DNA of 15,961 nt from Octopus sinensis (taxonomy: Eukaryota). Below are positions 1 to 7,989 of the stretch, piece by piece. The stretch spans positions 1-15,961 of the forward strand of contig NW_021825234.1 in NCBI RefSeq assembly GCF_006345805.1. The letters run 5' to 3'. Numbering within the stretch: position 1 is the first letter of the stretch; the number at the start of each line of letters is the position of its first letter. The notes below the pieces were generated by a model, which saw nothing but the letters and a program-made list of their open reading frames with translations, did not search any database and was not told the DNA's origin. The translations under genes were made by a program, and so were the position numbers.

Positions 1-28
1 TGGGCACTGTCTGTTAGAAAACAACACC

Positions 29-288
29 ATGGTGCAAAAAATTTGGAAACAACATGCTGTACTGCTTGGCATTCGCATCGGAAGCTCCAATACGAAGATT
101 TCAGAGTATTTGAGTGTGAATCTGAAGACAGTGCAATTTGAGATGTACCGAGAGTAATAAAAATCAAATATCCAGTCAACATAAAGGTGTTTGGAGCGAA
201 AACTAAAGATGGCGACGTTATGCCTTCATTCATCTTCTCATGCGGCCTCAGACTCAACAGGGAGTCCTATATTAAGTGCCTGGGGGAG
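29..288 (+). pseudogene. Internally deleted Tc1/mariner-superfamily transposase fragment (maT/DD37D-like)
   Basis: ATG at 29 gives MVQKIWKQHAVLLGIRIGSSNTKISEYLSVNLKTVQ (HTH-like N-terminus). After a frame change at ~143 comes DVPRVIKIKYPVNIKVFGAKTKDGDVMPSFIFSCGLRLNRESYIKCLGE, which resembles the maT-type motif K(H/F)PxxVMVFGVVxSDGDVMPPFIF..GLRLN..YI..L. It ends abruptly at the PLE junction (286-288). Confidence 0.75.
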
Positions 289-791
289 TTTCCTATAAGC
301 ATGGTTAACTGGAAAATGTCTATCTATCAGTGCTAGGAAATATTTACCTATATTGAAGGCCACCTCGGGTGAGTAAGGGGGCGTAAACCAGATGACCTTC
401 CTATTTCTATTATTCCTTTTCCTTACTGTTGGGTGGTGATAGGTGTATATTTTATTTTTCGCTAAAACCACTATCTTTTAAAGCTTATATAAACTGGGGC
501 AACGCTATTGAAGATGTCCTCATTAGATGAGAGGCTAGAAATCCTTCTTACTAATATTTTTAACTAAATTTTTGAATACTATAGGGGATGGCATGAACCT
601 ACATAATATAACTTAGTCTATCATTGGGCTTCCTATAAGGCTTATAAATATTATTATTAAGATCTAAGGAAACGTCTAAGAAATTGACACCGTCAGGTTA
701 GTGTCTATAGTTATACTAAGTCCGAAGTGTTTCATTAACTGATAATATCCTTCCTAAAACGATCTTGTGCTGGTCCATTTGTATTAGCTGC
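286..791 (-). mobile_element. Penelope-like element (Naiad-like), inverted segment: reverse transcriptase C-terminus/thumb plus linker, frameshifted
   Basis: Hand translation of the minus strand across several frameshifts: AANTNGPAQDRFRKDII / KHFGLSITIDTNLT / VNFLDVSLDLNNNIYKPYRKPNDRLSYI / SCHP / RISSLSSNEDIFNSVAPVY / ALKDSGF, then ORF 238..471 RKVIWFTPPYSPEVAFNIGKYFLALIDRHFPVNHAYRKL. These match PLE motifs NFLDVTLDL, YKPYRKPN, SNHPP and IIWFNPPYS..IGKxFL.LIDKHFP. Confidence 0.9.
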
Positions 792-892
792 TTTACGTCC
801 CCTTACTCACCCGAGGTGGCCTTCAATATAGGTAATATTTCCTAGCACTGATAGATAGACATTTTCCAGTTAACCATGCTTATAGGAAACTC
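286..892. repeat. Inverted repeat, arms 286-387 and 792-892 (duplicated PLE linker)
   Basis: The reverse complement of 286-387 matches 792-892 with one substitution (798) and one 1-nt indel (ggtaaatattt vs ggtaatattt). Confidence 0.97.
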
Positions 893-1420
893 TTCAATAG
901 ACACAATTTAAAAATTAGTTTTAGTTCAACTACCAATTTTAAAACATAATCAATCATAACATACAAAAAACACAAGAAGAAACAGCTGTTCATGCAGGAA
1001 TAAAGAATTGTGCCCGCTAAATGGAGCTTGCATGTCCAAGACCATCATATATGAAGCTACCGTAAACTCTATACCACTAAAGACACCGTTTCGACGAAGA
1101 AATACATGGGCCTGACAGAGGGTAATTTCAAGGCCAGGTTCAATAACCACACTTTGAGCTTTAGGCACTGGAACAAAAGAAAAGCGACACAATTATCCAA
1201 TCATATTTGGTCTTTAAGAGATAAAGGTGTCGATTATAACATACAATGGAAGATTTTGGCCAGATGTAAGCCCTACACTAACGGCAGCGGAAGGTGCGGG
1301 TTTATGCGACATGGAGAGATGGCTTATCTGGAAAAGCAGCTTAGACCCTACCACATGTCTAAATACAGGACAGAGCTTTTCGGATCATGCCCACATGTGA
1401 CTAAATTTCTGTACGTTTTT
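792..1420 (+). mobile_element. Penelope-like element (Naiad-like), forward segment: linker plus GIY-YIG endonuclease, frameshifted
   Basis: Reads FT(S)PYSPEVAFNIG..FLALIDRHFPVNHAYRKLFNRHNLKISFS, then CSCRNKELCPLNGACMSKTIIYEATV (from 987). ORF 1106..1513 continues (KY)MGLTEGNFKARFNNHTLSFRH..KATQLSNHIWSLRDKGVDYNIQWKILARCKPYTNGSGRCG..RTELFGSCPHVTKFL. This gives IIY..YMG (GIY-YIG equivalent), the catalytic R in FKARF and the PLE Cys/His motifs. Confidence 0.92.
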
Positions 1421-1625
1421 GGTCCCCTAAAGAAAACGGATAGAACATGCTTTCTGTGTTATGTCCCAAGAAGATTTTATATATTTTATATATTTTTATG
1501 TATTTTTATATAATTTTATGACGAAAAATGCGAGCGATGTATAAGTACGCAGGCAAGCAGAGTTATAACAGAGTAATTTCCCTTCATTTTTTAACGGTAT
1601 TTTTTCATAACGTTTTCAAATAGCC

Positions 1626-1688
1626 AGATAACCGAAGAGATGGTGTTGTGGATTTCCACTTCGGCATCTGAAACTCAGAGTTTTATCT
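1626..1688 (+). ncRNA. Type I minimal hammerhead ribozyme motif in the PLE 3' terminal region
   Basis: Stem I AGATAA 1626-1631 / TTATCT 1683-1688 (6 WC pairs). Core CCGAAGA 1632-1638 (CUGANGA with U4>C). Stem II GATG 1639-1642 / CATC 1665-1668 with inner GTGG/CCAC. GAAA 1670-1673. Stem III ACTC/GAGT around a single A (1677). Predicted cleavage triplet GUU 1680-1682. It lies ~200 nt downstream of the endonuclease on the same strand. Confidence 0.75.
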
Positions 1689-1783
1689 TGACTACCGAGT
1701 AATGTAACATATTGTATAGATAAATTTCCTCTATTTCATAATATTGAGGTCTCTTTCTTTCTTTTGTTATCTTACCGTTTTAT

Positions 1784-1785
<2 letters not shown>

Positions 1786-1834
<49 letters not shown>

Positions 1835-1838
1835 TATA
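1786..1838. repeat. (AT)n microsatellite
   Basis: Direct reading. Confidence 0.97.
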
Positions 1839-1939
1839 CACATAAAGGGTGAAATATAATTAATTTAATAAAATCAACAAATTTCACCAAGTAGTATTTC
1901 GGTATGGAAAAGGACCATATTCGGTAAAAGTTTATATAA

Positions 1940-2210
1940 TTATAACAATGAGGGTATTTGCAAACAAGTTGCTAGACCACATACCGAAAGTATTAGAAGT
2001 AGCAGCCAAAAATATGTCTCCACAGACAACAATATTTGTAACTCATTATGTGGCAAAAAAAGAAGAAAATTGCCACATAATGAGTTACAAATACTGTTGT
2101 CTGTGGAGACATATTTTTGTAGTAAAAGAAATATCAGTCCTCTGGCTGCTATTTCTAATACTTTCGGTATGTGGTCGAGCAACTTGTTGCAAAGACCCTC
2201 ATTGTTATAA
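1940..2210. repeat. Long foldback inverted repeat (arms 1940-2056 and 2070-2210, 13-nt purine loop)
   Basis: ~117-bp arms with about 4 substitutions and a 1-nt indel. The right arm carries an extra ~25-nt insert at 2119-2143. Loop is AAAAAGAAGAAAA (2057-2069). The two overlapping ORFs here are near-mirror translations because of this symmetry. Confidence 0.95.
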
Positions 2211-2240
2211 ATATAATATATATTTTATATATATATATAT

Positions 2241-2272
<32 letters not shown>

Positions 2273-2279
2273 ATATATA
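2211..2279. repeat. (AT)n microsatellite
   Basis: Direct reading. Confidence 0.95.
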
Positions 2280-2840
2280 GGAGAGTATTGTAGGGCGCTG
2301 AAGCTTTGTGTATTGTTTGTAAAGAATAAAAGTTTGAATGGTACAAGAATGCACTATGATACAGACAATGGGCTGTATACCTGTTGTAAATTAGTCATCC
2401 ATTGTCTGATATAATATTTCGAAAAAATATTCCTTCAGATATTCTTAGATGGAGTCGCTGCTACAATCGGTTTTCTAACGGTTTTTCTTGGAAGCGTCTC
2501 AGCAGTGGTCTCACGACGCTCCTTCCGGAATTCCTCATGAGAAGTGTGTGAGGTCGGGCATATCTCAATCTCGTGTGTGCTGGTATATCCGTAGCGCTGC
2601 TTCTAAATTACGTATTATACGTGCAGCTTCCTTTTTATCCCTTCTTTTTTTCTCTTCTCTTCTTTTTTATATTATAAACTACAGATGAGCATATCATCAA
2701 AAATGAACCTATACGCATCTTGACGTGTCTAAATAATGTATTGGTTACCAAACTCCAGCCTGTTGTTAATTTGGGGCTCTTATATGTATACATATATATA
2801 ATATACATATACGTAGTCATAAAAAGATAGGTAAGTTAGG

Positions 2841-2849
2841 TAGATAGAC

Positions 2850-2892
<43 letters not shown>

Positions 2893-2901
2893 GATAGATA
2901 T

Positions 2902-2942
<41 letters not shown>
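2841..2942. repeat. (GATA)n microsatellite
   Basis: Direct reading. Confidence 0.97.
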
Positions 2943-3163
2943 CTGACAAATATATGCGTGCCTTTGTGTCTATGTATAAATGTATATAGTTCGAGTCAAG
3001 GTGCGCGACAAGTATTAAGTCCTTGTATTCCTTCATATTCTGAACGAAAATACTGTGAAAAGTATTCATATTAATTCGTCAATACAGTTCTATATTTAAG
3101 AGATGAGGAATTATGTACATTATTTACATTTGACGTATATTTGTCATCATCTTGTTTGTTGTT

Positions 3164-3209
3164 AACACAACGTTTTGGGTGATACACCCTCCAGCCTTCA
3201 TCAGGTCTC
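3164..3209 (-). ncRNA. Decayed minimal hammerhead ribozyme motif (PLE-type)
   Basis: Minus strand reads GAGAC-CTGATGA-AGGCTGGAGGGTGTATCACCC-AAAA-CGT-T-GTGTT. The CUGAUGA core is intact (3204-3198). GAAA is mutated to AAAA (G12>A at 3176). Stem III is the palindrome ACGT. Stem I GAGAC/GTGTT has one mismatch. Confidence 0.65.
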
Positions 3210-3269
3210 TCGGGGAAATTTCGAACCTGGGTTCTCATTCCTAAGGTATTTTTCGATGTTATTATTATT

Positions 3270-3807
3270 GAGTGAGAGAGCAGTGCATGCCATCAAAGTG
3301 ACACTGGGGTAAAATATACAAAGCCCAGCATACCCATCATGACTACCTGTCTGATAAGGGTACACCAGGCACATGCAGCACAATCATATGTGCGCGACAT
3401 GGTGATCTCATATCAAGATAAACAGTACATGACCTTGCAAGTGGGGCCCAGTTAGAATTTTCTTTAGGTCGAGTAGCCCATCCTGCTCAAAAGGTCCCTG
3501 AATAAGGGTTGCTTTAGGATGTTGAAAGAACCACCCATGTTTCCAGAGGTGAATTATTCAAACCCCAAAGAATCCCTCTCAACACATGGCTATGATGCTC
3601 TCCCACTACTTCTGCTCGTGATCAGAGATGCACGTATTGTCAGCCACTAAGGGACATGTTCAACTGGTTAAGGTCAAACAACTGACAAGCAAATCTGTGG
3701 TACTGAGCAGAATATTTGCTGTAGCCCATCTTTTATACCAAGACAAAACAATGTACATGATAACACTCCCAATCAGTTAAGATCAGAAGCCATGAGAGCC
3801 ACTGCCT

Positions 3808-3808
<1 letters not shown>
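3270..3808. mobile_element. ~539-bp interspersed repeat of unclear class, inserted in a (TTA)n tract
   Basis: Complex-sequence block bounded sharply by (TTA)n on both sides (3259-3269 and 3809-3880). No TIR or ORF seen. I recognise it as resembling a common octopus repeat, not verified. Confidence 0.55.
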
Positions 3809-3864
<56 letters not shown>

Positions 3865-3880
3865 TATTATTATTATTACT
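3809..3880. repeat. (TTA)n microsatellite
   Basis: Direct reading; source of the poly-Ile ORFs. Confidence 0.97.
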
Positions 3881-3887
3881 ATTCAGG

Positions 3888-3958
3888 GCACTACCTGGAA
3901 TCGAACTAGTAATCTTGGGGTTAGTAGACCGCGCTCTTAACCAAACGCAGGATAATGC
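3888..3958 (-). mobile_element. tRNA-derived (SINE-like) Pol III head, degenerate cloverleaf
   Basis: Minus strand GCATTATCCTGCGTTTGGTTAAGAGCGCGGTCTACTAACCCCAAGATTACTAGTTCGATTCCAGGTAGTGC. GCATTA/TAGTGC acceptor-like pairing, D-loop-like TGGTTAAG, CTACTAA loop, B-box GTTCGATTCC. The T and anticodon stems are imperfect, so it is not a functional tRNA. Confidence 0.65.
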
Positions 3959-4065
3959 TAATAATATAGCCTGGACAAGATGAGGTGTGAGTTCGAGTCT
4001 CATAGCCGGTCGCCAACACTTTTTTCTTCAAAATAGGGGTAGCTTATCCTGTTCGGGCAATATTA

Positions 4066-4125
4066 TGTATGTGTGTGTGTGTCTGTGTGTGTGTGTGGTA
4101 TGTATGTATGTATACATATATATGC

Positions 4126-4184
<59 letters not shown>

Positions 4185-4198
4185 TATATTATATATAA
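4066..4198. repeat. Compound (GT)n/(ATGT)n/(AT)n microsatellite
   Basis: Direct reading. Confidence 0.95.
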
Positions 4199-4629
4199 AC
4201 ATAAACAAATATGGCGGTTGTTGTCAAGTTTTTCCGCCTTGTAAAGGTAATTTACCCTGTATTTCTGCTGTTTTAACGGCAACTCTGTGCTCGAAAACAT
4301 CTCATCTTGTTGTTTGTATCATATAATGTGTGTTTGTGCGCGCGCGCGCGTGTGTGAATATATGTATATGTATGCATGTGTGAATAATATAATACGAGGA
4401 TAGAGGATATTAAGCTTAGAAAAAAGTTAGCCGTCACTCGCAAGCGAGTATGCCATATTCCATTGTATCACGCTTCCACTAATTGATTTAGGTGCCTACG
4501 TGCTCTGAAGCATGTACAGACATCATCTCAGCCATCCAACTAATGACCTAATGGAAAATATCGAGTTTGTGACAGCTGGAATAGATTAAAGGAAGCACTA
4601 GTAATCGACTGAGGCTCTTTGGCAGTTAT

Positions 4630-4730
4630 TGGCAACATGCTCAAAGACGTCGCACGCCGTCGCGTCCAGAAATCGAATTCACTGCCTTGTGATCGTGATC
4701 CTACCACTCTAACCAATAAGCATCGTGCAT
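4630..4730 (-). mobile_element. Decayed tRNA-derived SINE head
   Basis: Minus strand TGCTTATTGGTTAGAGTGGTAGGATCACGATCACAAGGCAGTGAATTCGATTTCTGGAC..GTCTTTGAGCA is a degenerate A/B-box head, similar to the better copy at 10050-10165. Confidence 0.6.
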
Positions 4731-4861
4731 TCACTCAAAAAGAAAACACGCGCACAACTAAACACGCGCGTGCTCATGCACACTTAGGTATCTTCATGTG
4801 TTTCTACTCCCATATATACATCTGCTTGTTTGTATACACACACTCACACGCCCACATGCAG

Positions 4862-4932
4862 ATCTATCTATCCATCCATCTATCTATCTATCTATTTTTC
4901 TATCTATCTATTTTTCTATCTATCTATCTATA
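4862..4932. repeat. (ATCT)n microsatellite
   Basis: Direct reading. Confidence 0.95.
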
Positions 4933-4995
4933 TAATACATAAATATATGTATATATACATACTTATATGTACATACCAACATATATATATATATA

Positions 4996-5379
4996 TACTA
5001 GCAGTATCACCCGGCGTTGCTCAGGTTTGTAAGGGAAATAACTATAAAGCATTTTTAGAGAGTTATAGCCAAAAAATAGCAAAAAAATGGAAAAAAATGA
5101 TGGTAAATATTTTTTTGAGAGTCAAAAAAGATGGAGTTGCGTCCCCTAGACTGTGGTTCGTGTTTCTGATTCTCTCGACCCCATGTCGAATTTATCGATT
5201 TTTTTCAGAACTGGGGAAACTTTTCAAAATTTTCGCTGCGTTAGTTTTGAATTATGACATTGGGCTATGTGTGTGTCAAGTTTCATCAGAATCGGTTGAA
5301 AGCCGTGGTCGGGGTGAGGGTACAAGCAAACAGACACACAGAAACACGCACAGACAAACTGCCGTTTATATATAGAGAT
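4996..5379 (+). mobile_element. Non-autonomous Helitron/Helentron-like (Lep1/HINE-style) element in a (TA)n tract
   Basis: Starts TACTAGCAGTATCACCCGGCGTTGCTCAGG and ends CAAACAGACACACAGAAACACGCACAGACAAACTGCCGTTTATATATAGAGAT, with internal GTGTCAAGTTTCATCAGAATCGGTTGA. These termini resemble the TACTAG..CCCG start and ACAGAC..TATATATAG end of rolling-circle-derived short elements. Flanked by (TA)n on both sides. Confidence 0.65.
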
Positions 5380-5409
5380 ATATATATATATATACAAGCA
5401 TATATATGT

Positions 5410-5575
5410 ACAGGACATCAAAATAGAAAACGTCAACGAAATGAGAAACGAGAACAAAAATAGCAAAAATAGAAAACAAACTTTTTTGTGAACAACGCAA
5501 AAAAACCCCCCAGAGAAACGAGACATGGAATATGAAGAACATTTCCTTCATCAGTTGTCCCCTATTTTATCTACT
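5410..5575 (-). mobile_element. Probable PLE terminal fragment with half a hammerhead core
   Basis: Minus strand GGGGACAA-CTGATGA-AGGAAATGTTCTTCATATTCC (GGAA/TTCC hairpin) followed by a T-rich tract ending at (TA)n. No GAAA half found. Confidence 0.35.
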
Positions 5576-5659
5576 CCGCATTTATATATATTAGATTCGG
5601 GCTGGTCATTTTATTTATCAATTTTTTTTCTTGCCAAATAGACACACGCATTGTATATT

Positions 5660-6017
5660 CTTTTATTCTTTTATATTTCACTCATTTGACAGAGGCCATA
5701 CTGGAGCACCGCCTTTAATCGAGCAAATCGACCCCAGGACGAATTCTTTAAAAGCCTAGTACTTATTCTATCAGTCTCTTTTTGCCAAACCCCTAAGTTA
5801 CGCGTATGTAAACGCACCAACATCGGCTGTCGAGCGATGGTGTGTGTGTGGGGGGGACAAATACGGACACACAAATCCATACATACATATACATATATAT
5901 ACGACAGGATTCTTCCAGTTTCCGTCTACCAAATCCACTCACAAAGCTTCGGTTAGCCCGAGGCTATAGCAGAAGACACATGCCCAAGGTACCACGCAGT
6001 GGGACTCAACCCGGAAC
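5660..6017 (-). mobile_element. Octopus-type tRNA-derived SINE (OR-like family), head truncated
   Basis: Shares diagnostic blocks with 9612-10326 and 11841-12312 (GGCCATxCTGGxGCACC, AGCCTAGTACTTATTCTATC, AAATCCACTCACAA, CCACGCAGTGGGACT.AACCCGG). On the minus strand it contains a GGGTTGAGTCCC B-box. Confidence 0.88.
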
Positions 6018-6089
6018 GTCACACATCTGTGACCACTTTAGCGACACTTTTCGTTCCCGGGTGTGTTCTTACTCCACTTACTCCATTCT

Positions 6090-6309
6090 GTCTATATGAA
6101 TTAAAGGATCCTAGATTTTGGGTAAAAGAAAATACAGGAGGATAAGATAATTATGATTTTACTCAATATATTCCCCTCCGAGATTCTCTCACTTATTGCA
6201 GTGGTCCTTCAGATTTTCTAAGCCCTGTATATGAATTCGGAAGGTTGGGCCTCCAACCGAGGCTTTCATAACACCCTTAAAGCGAGGAACTTTTCAGCAA
6301 ACCCTCGTA
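6090..6309 (-). mobile_element. Mariner-type MITE / deletion derivative
   Basis: Right end, read on minus, is TACGAGGGTTTGCTGAAAAGTTCCT (mariner-like TIR starting at TA). Internal minus translation [20 protein letters not shown] resembles the mariner transposase C-terminus (..RWxKCIxxxGxYVE). The left TIR is heavily degraded, so the left boundary is approximate. Confidence 0.7.
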
Positions 6310-6321
6310 TGTATACATACA

Positions 6322-6594
<273 letters not shown>

Positions 6595-6708
6595 ATTTAG
6601 GAATGGTCATTTTGCCAGTTTAGCCAATAAAAACACACGCACTATATATTTGGTGTTACTTTGCTTCAGTGTTATTTATTTTTTACATTAATCTTAATCT
6701 TATTTCGG

Positions 6709-6748
6709 CCAGAGTTCTTTCGTCACACTCCTGTGACCGCATCAGTGG
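6709..6748 (-). ncRNA. Decayed minimal hammerhead ribozyme motif (third sequence family)
   Basis: Minus strand CCA-CTGATG(CG)-GTCAC-AGGAGT-GTGAC-GAAA-GAAC-TC-TGG. Stem I CCA/TGG, perfect 5-bp stem II, intact GAAA (6721-6718), stem III AG..CT, CUC triplet. The lesion is at the A9 position (C at 6739). Confidence 0.6.
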
Positions 6749-6859
6749 TCCTTTGTTTTCTTCTTACTTATTTGTGTCTCTCCTTACTAACCGTCAGCCA
6801 TTTTGTATTTCTATTGTATGTCTTCATTTGCGCATGCTTATATCTCTATGTGCGTTTAA

Positions 6860-6950
6860 CGTATATATATATAGGTATGTATGTATGTATATTTGTATAT
6901 GTCTGTAGGTATATACATATTAATTATACATATATGTGTACATATATATG

Positions 6951-6997
<47 letters not shown>

Positions 6998-7245
6998 ATA
7001 TGGATATAATATACATATATTATATATGCATATAGTATATATATGTGTGTGCGTATATATATATCTATATATATAATATATATATATATACAATATGTAT
7101 ATATATTTATATATACATAATATGTGTGTGTGAGAGAGAGTGTGTATTTGTGTGTGCATATATATTCATATGTGTGTGTGTATGCGTGTGTGTGTGTGTG
7201 TGTGCGTGTGTGCGTGTGTGTGTATGTGTGTGTGTGTGCATATGT
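6860..7245. repeat. Compound (AT)n/(GT)n low-complexity tract
   Basis: Direct reading. Confidence 0.95.
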
Positions 7246-7652
7246 GCCCAGACTCCAAATATACGTAGAGCCTGTCTCATATAAACATATGTGTCATATG
7301 TTTTCACAGTTCCAAATATATTATTTATTCCCAATATTTTCTTTTCCACTGATTTCTAAAACTAGAAATAAAATTTCTAGAACTTCAGACAAAAAAAAAT
7401 TTTAAAAACCTACTTTCGAAGAAAAAAAAAAAGAAAAGAAAATGATTTTAGTTTAATTTCTCTTGGGAAAGTCGGAAGTTATTTTTCGTTCAATTAACTT
7501 TCATGTCTGAAGGTGAGAATTGACGTGAAAAGATGTGGAGGAGATGTGGAGAGGAGAAACTCGTTCAATCTTTCACTCCTTCAGACTTTTAGTCTTTCAA
7601 CGTTTAGATATTGTTACCAGCACTGGTAAAAATTTTCTGAAGCAAGGTATAA

Positions 7653-7953
7653 GTGTGTGTGCGCGTCTCTGTGTGTGTGTGTGTGTGTGAATGTGTGAGT
7701 CTGCGTTTGTGTGTATGTGTGTGAGTGTATGTATGAAGCTATATATGTATGTATGTGTGTGTATGTGTGTACATTGAAATATCCATATATATGTACGTAT
7801 GTGTGTGCGTGTGAGTATGTGTGTCTATGTGTGCATGTGTGTGTGAATGTATATATATTTTTCGAAGATTGGTAATAATTTAGTTCTTAAAATTTTGTCT
7901 TGTGAGAATGTATATGTATATATATTCATGTGTATGTACATATATTCATGTAA

Positions 7954-7989
<36 letters not shown>

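Noticed and set aside
987-1400. Selenocysteine-encoding (Sec-Naiad type) endonuclease
   Set aside because: The conserved Cys positions I could read (CSC, CPLNGAC, RCG, SCPH) use TGT/TGC, not TGA.
1885-1928. Hammerhead-like relic on the minus strand (CCGAATAT-GGT..ACC-GAAA-TACTAC)
   Set aside because: Two core mismatches and no stem III palindrome; too degenerate to call.
1944-1997. Hammerhead-like layout in the foldback arm (CAATGAG-GGTA..TACC-GAAA-GTATT)
   Set aside because: Both arms have CAATGA rather than CTGATGA, and there is no stem I.
1940-2280. Paired ORFs 1940..2182 (-) and 1948..2280 (+)
   Set aside because: Their similarity is a by-product of the inverted repeat, and the plus ORF ends in (AT)n.
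3888-3958. Functional tRNA-Ser(ACT) gene
   Set aside because: T-stem and anticodon stem are mispaired, and it runs straight into (AAT)n with no oligo-T terminator. Treated as a SINE-like head.
4830-5375. 181-aa ORF
   Set aside because: It spans an (ATCT)n tract and the Helitron-like repeat, with no protein motif.
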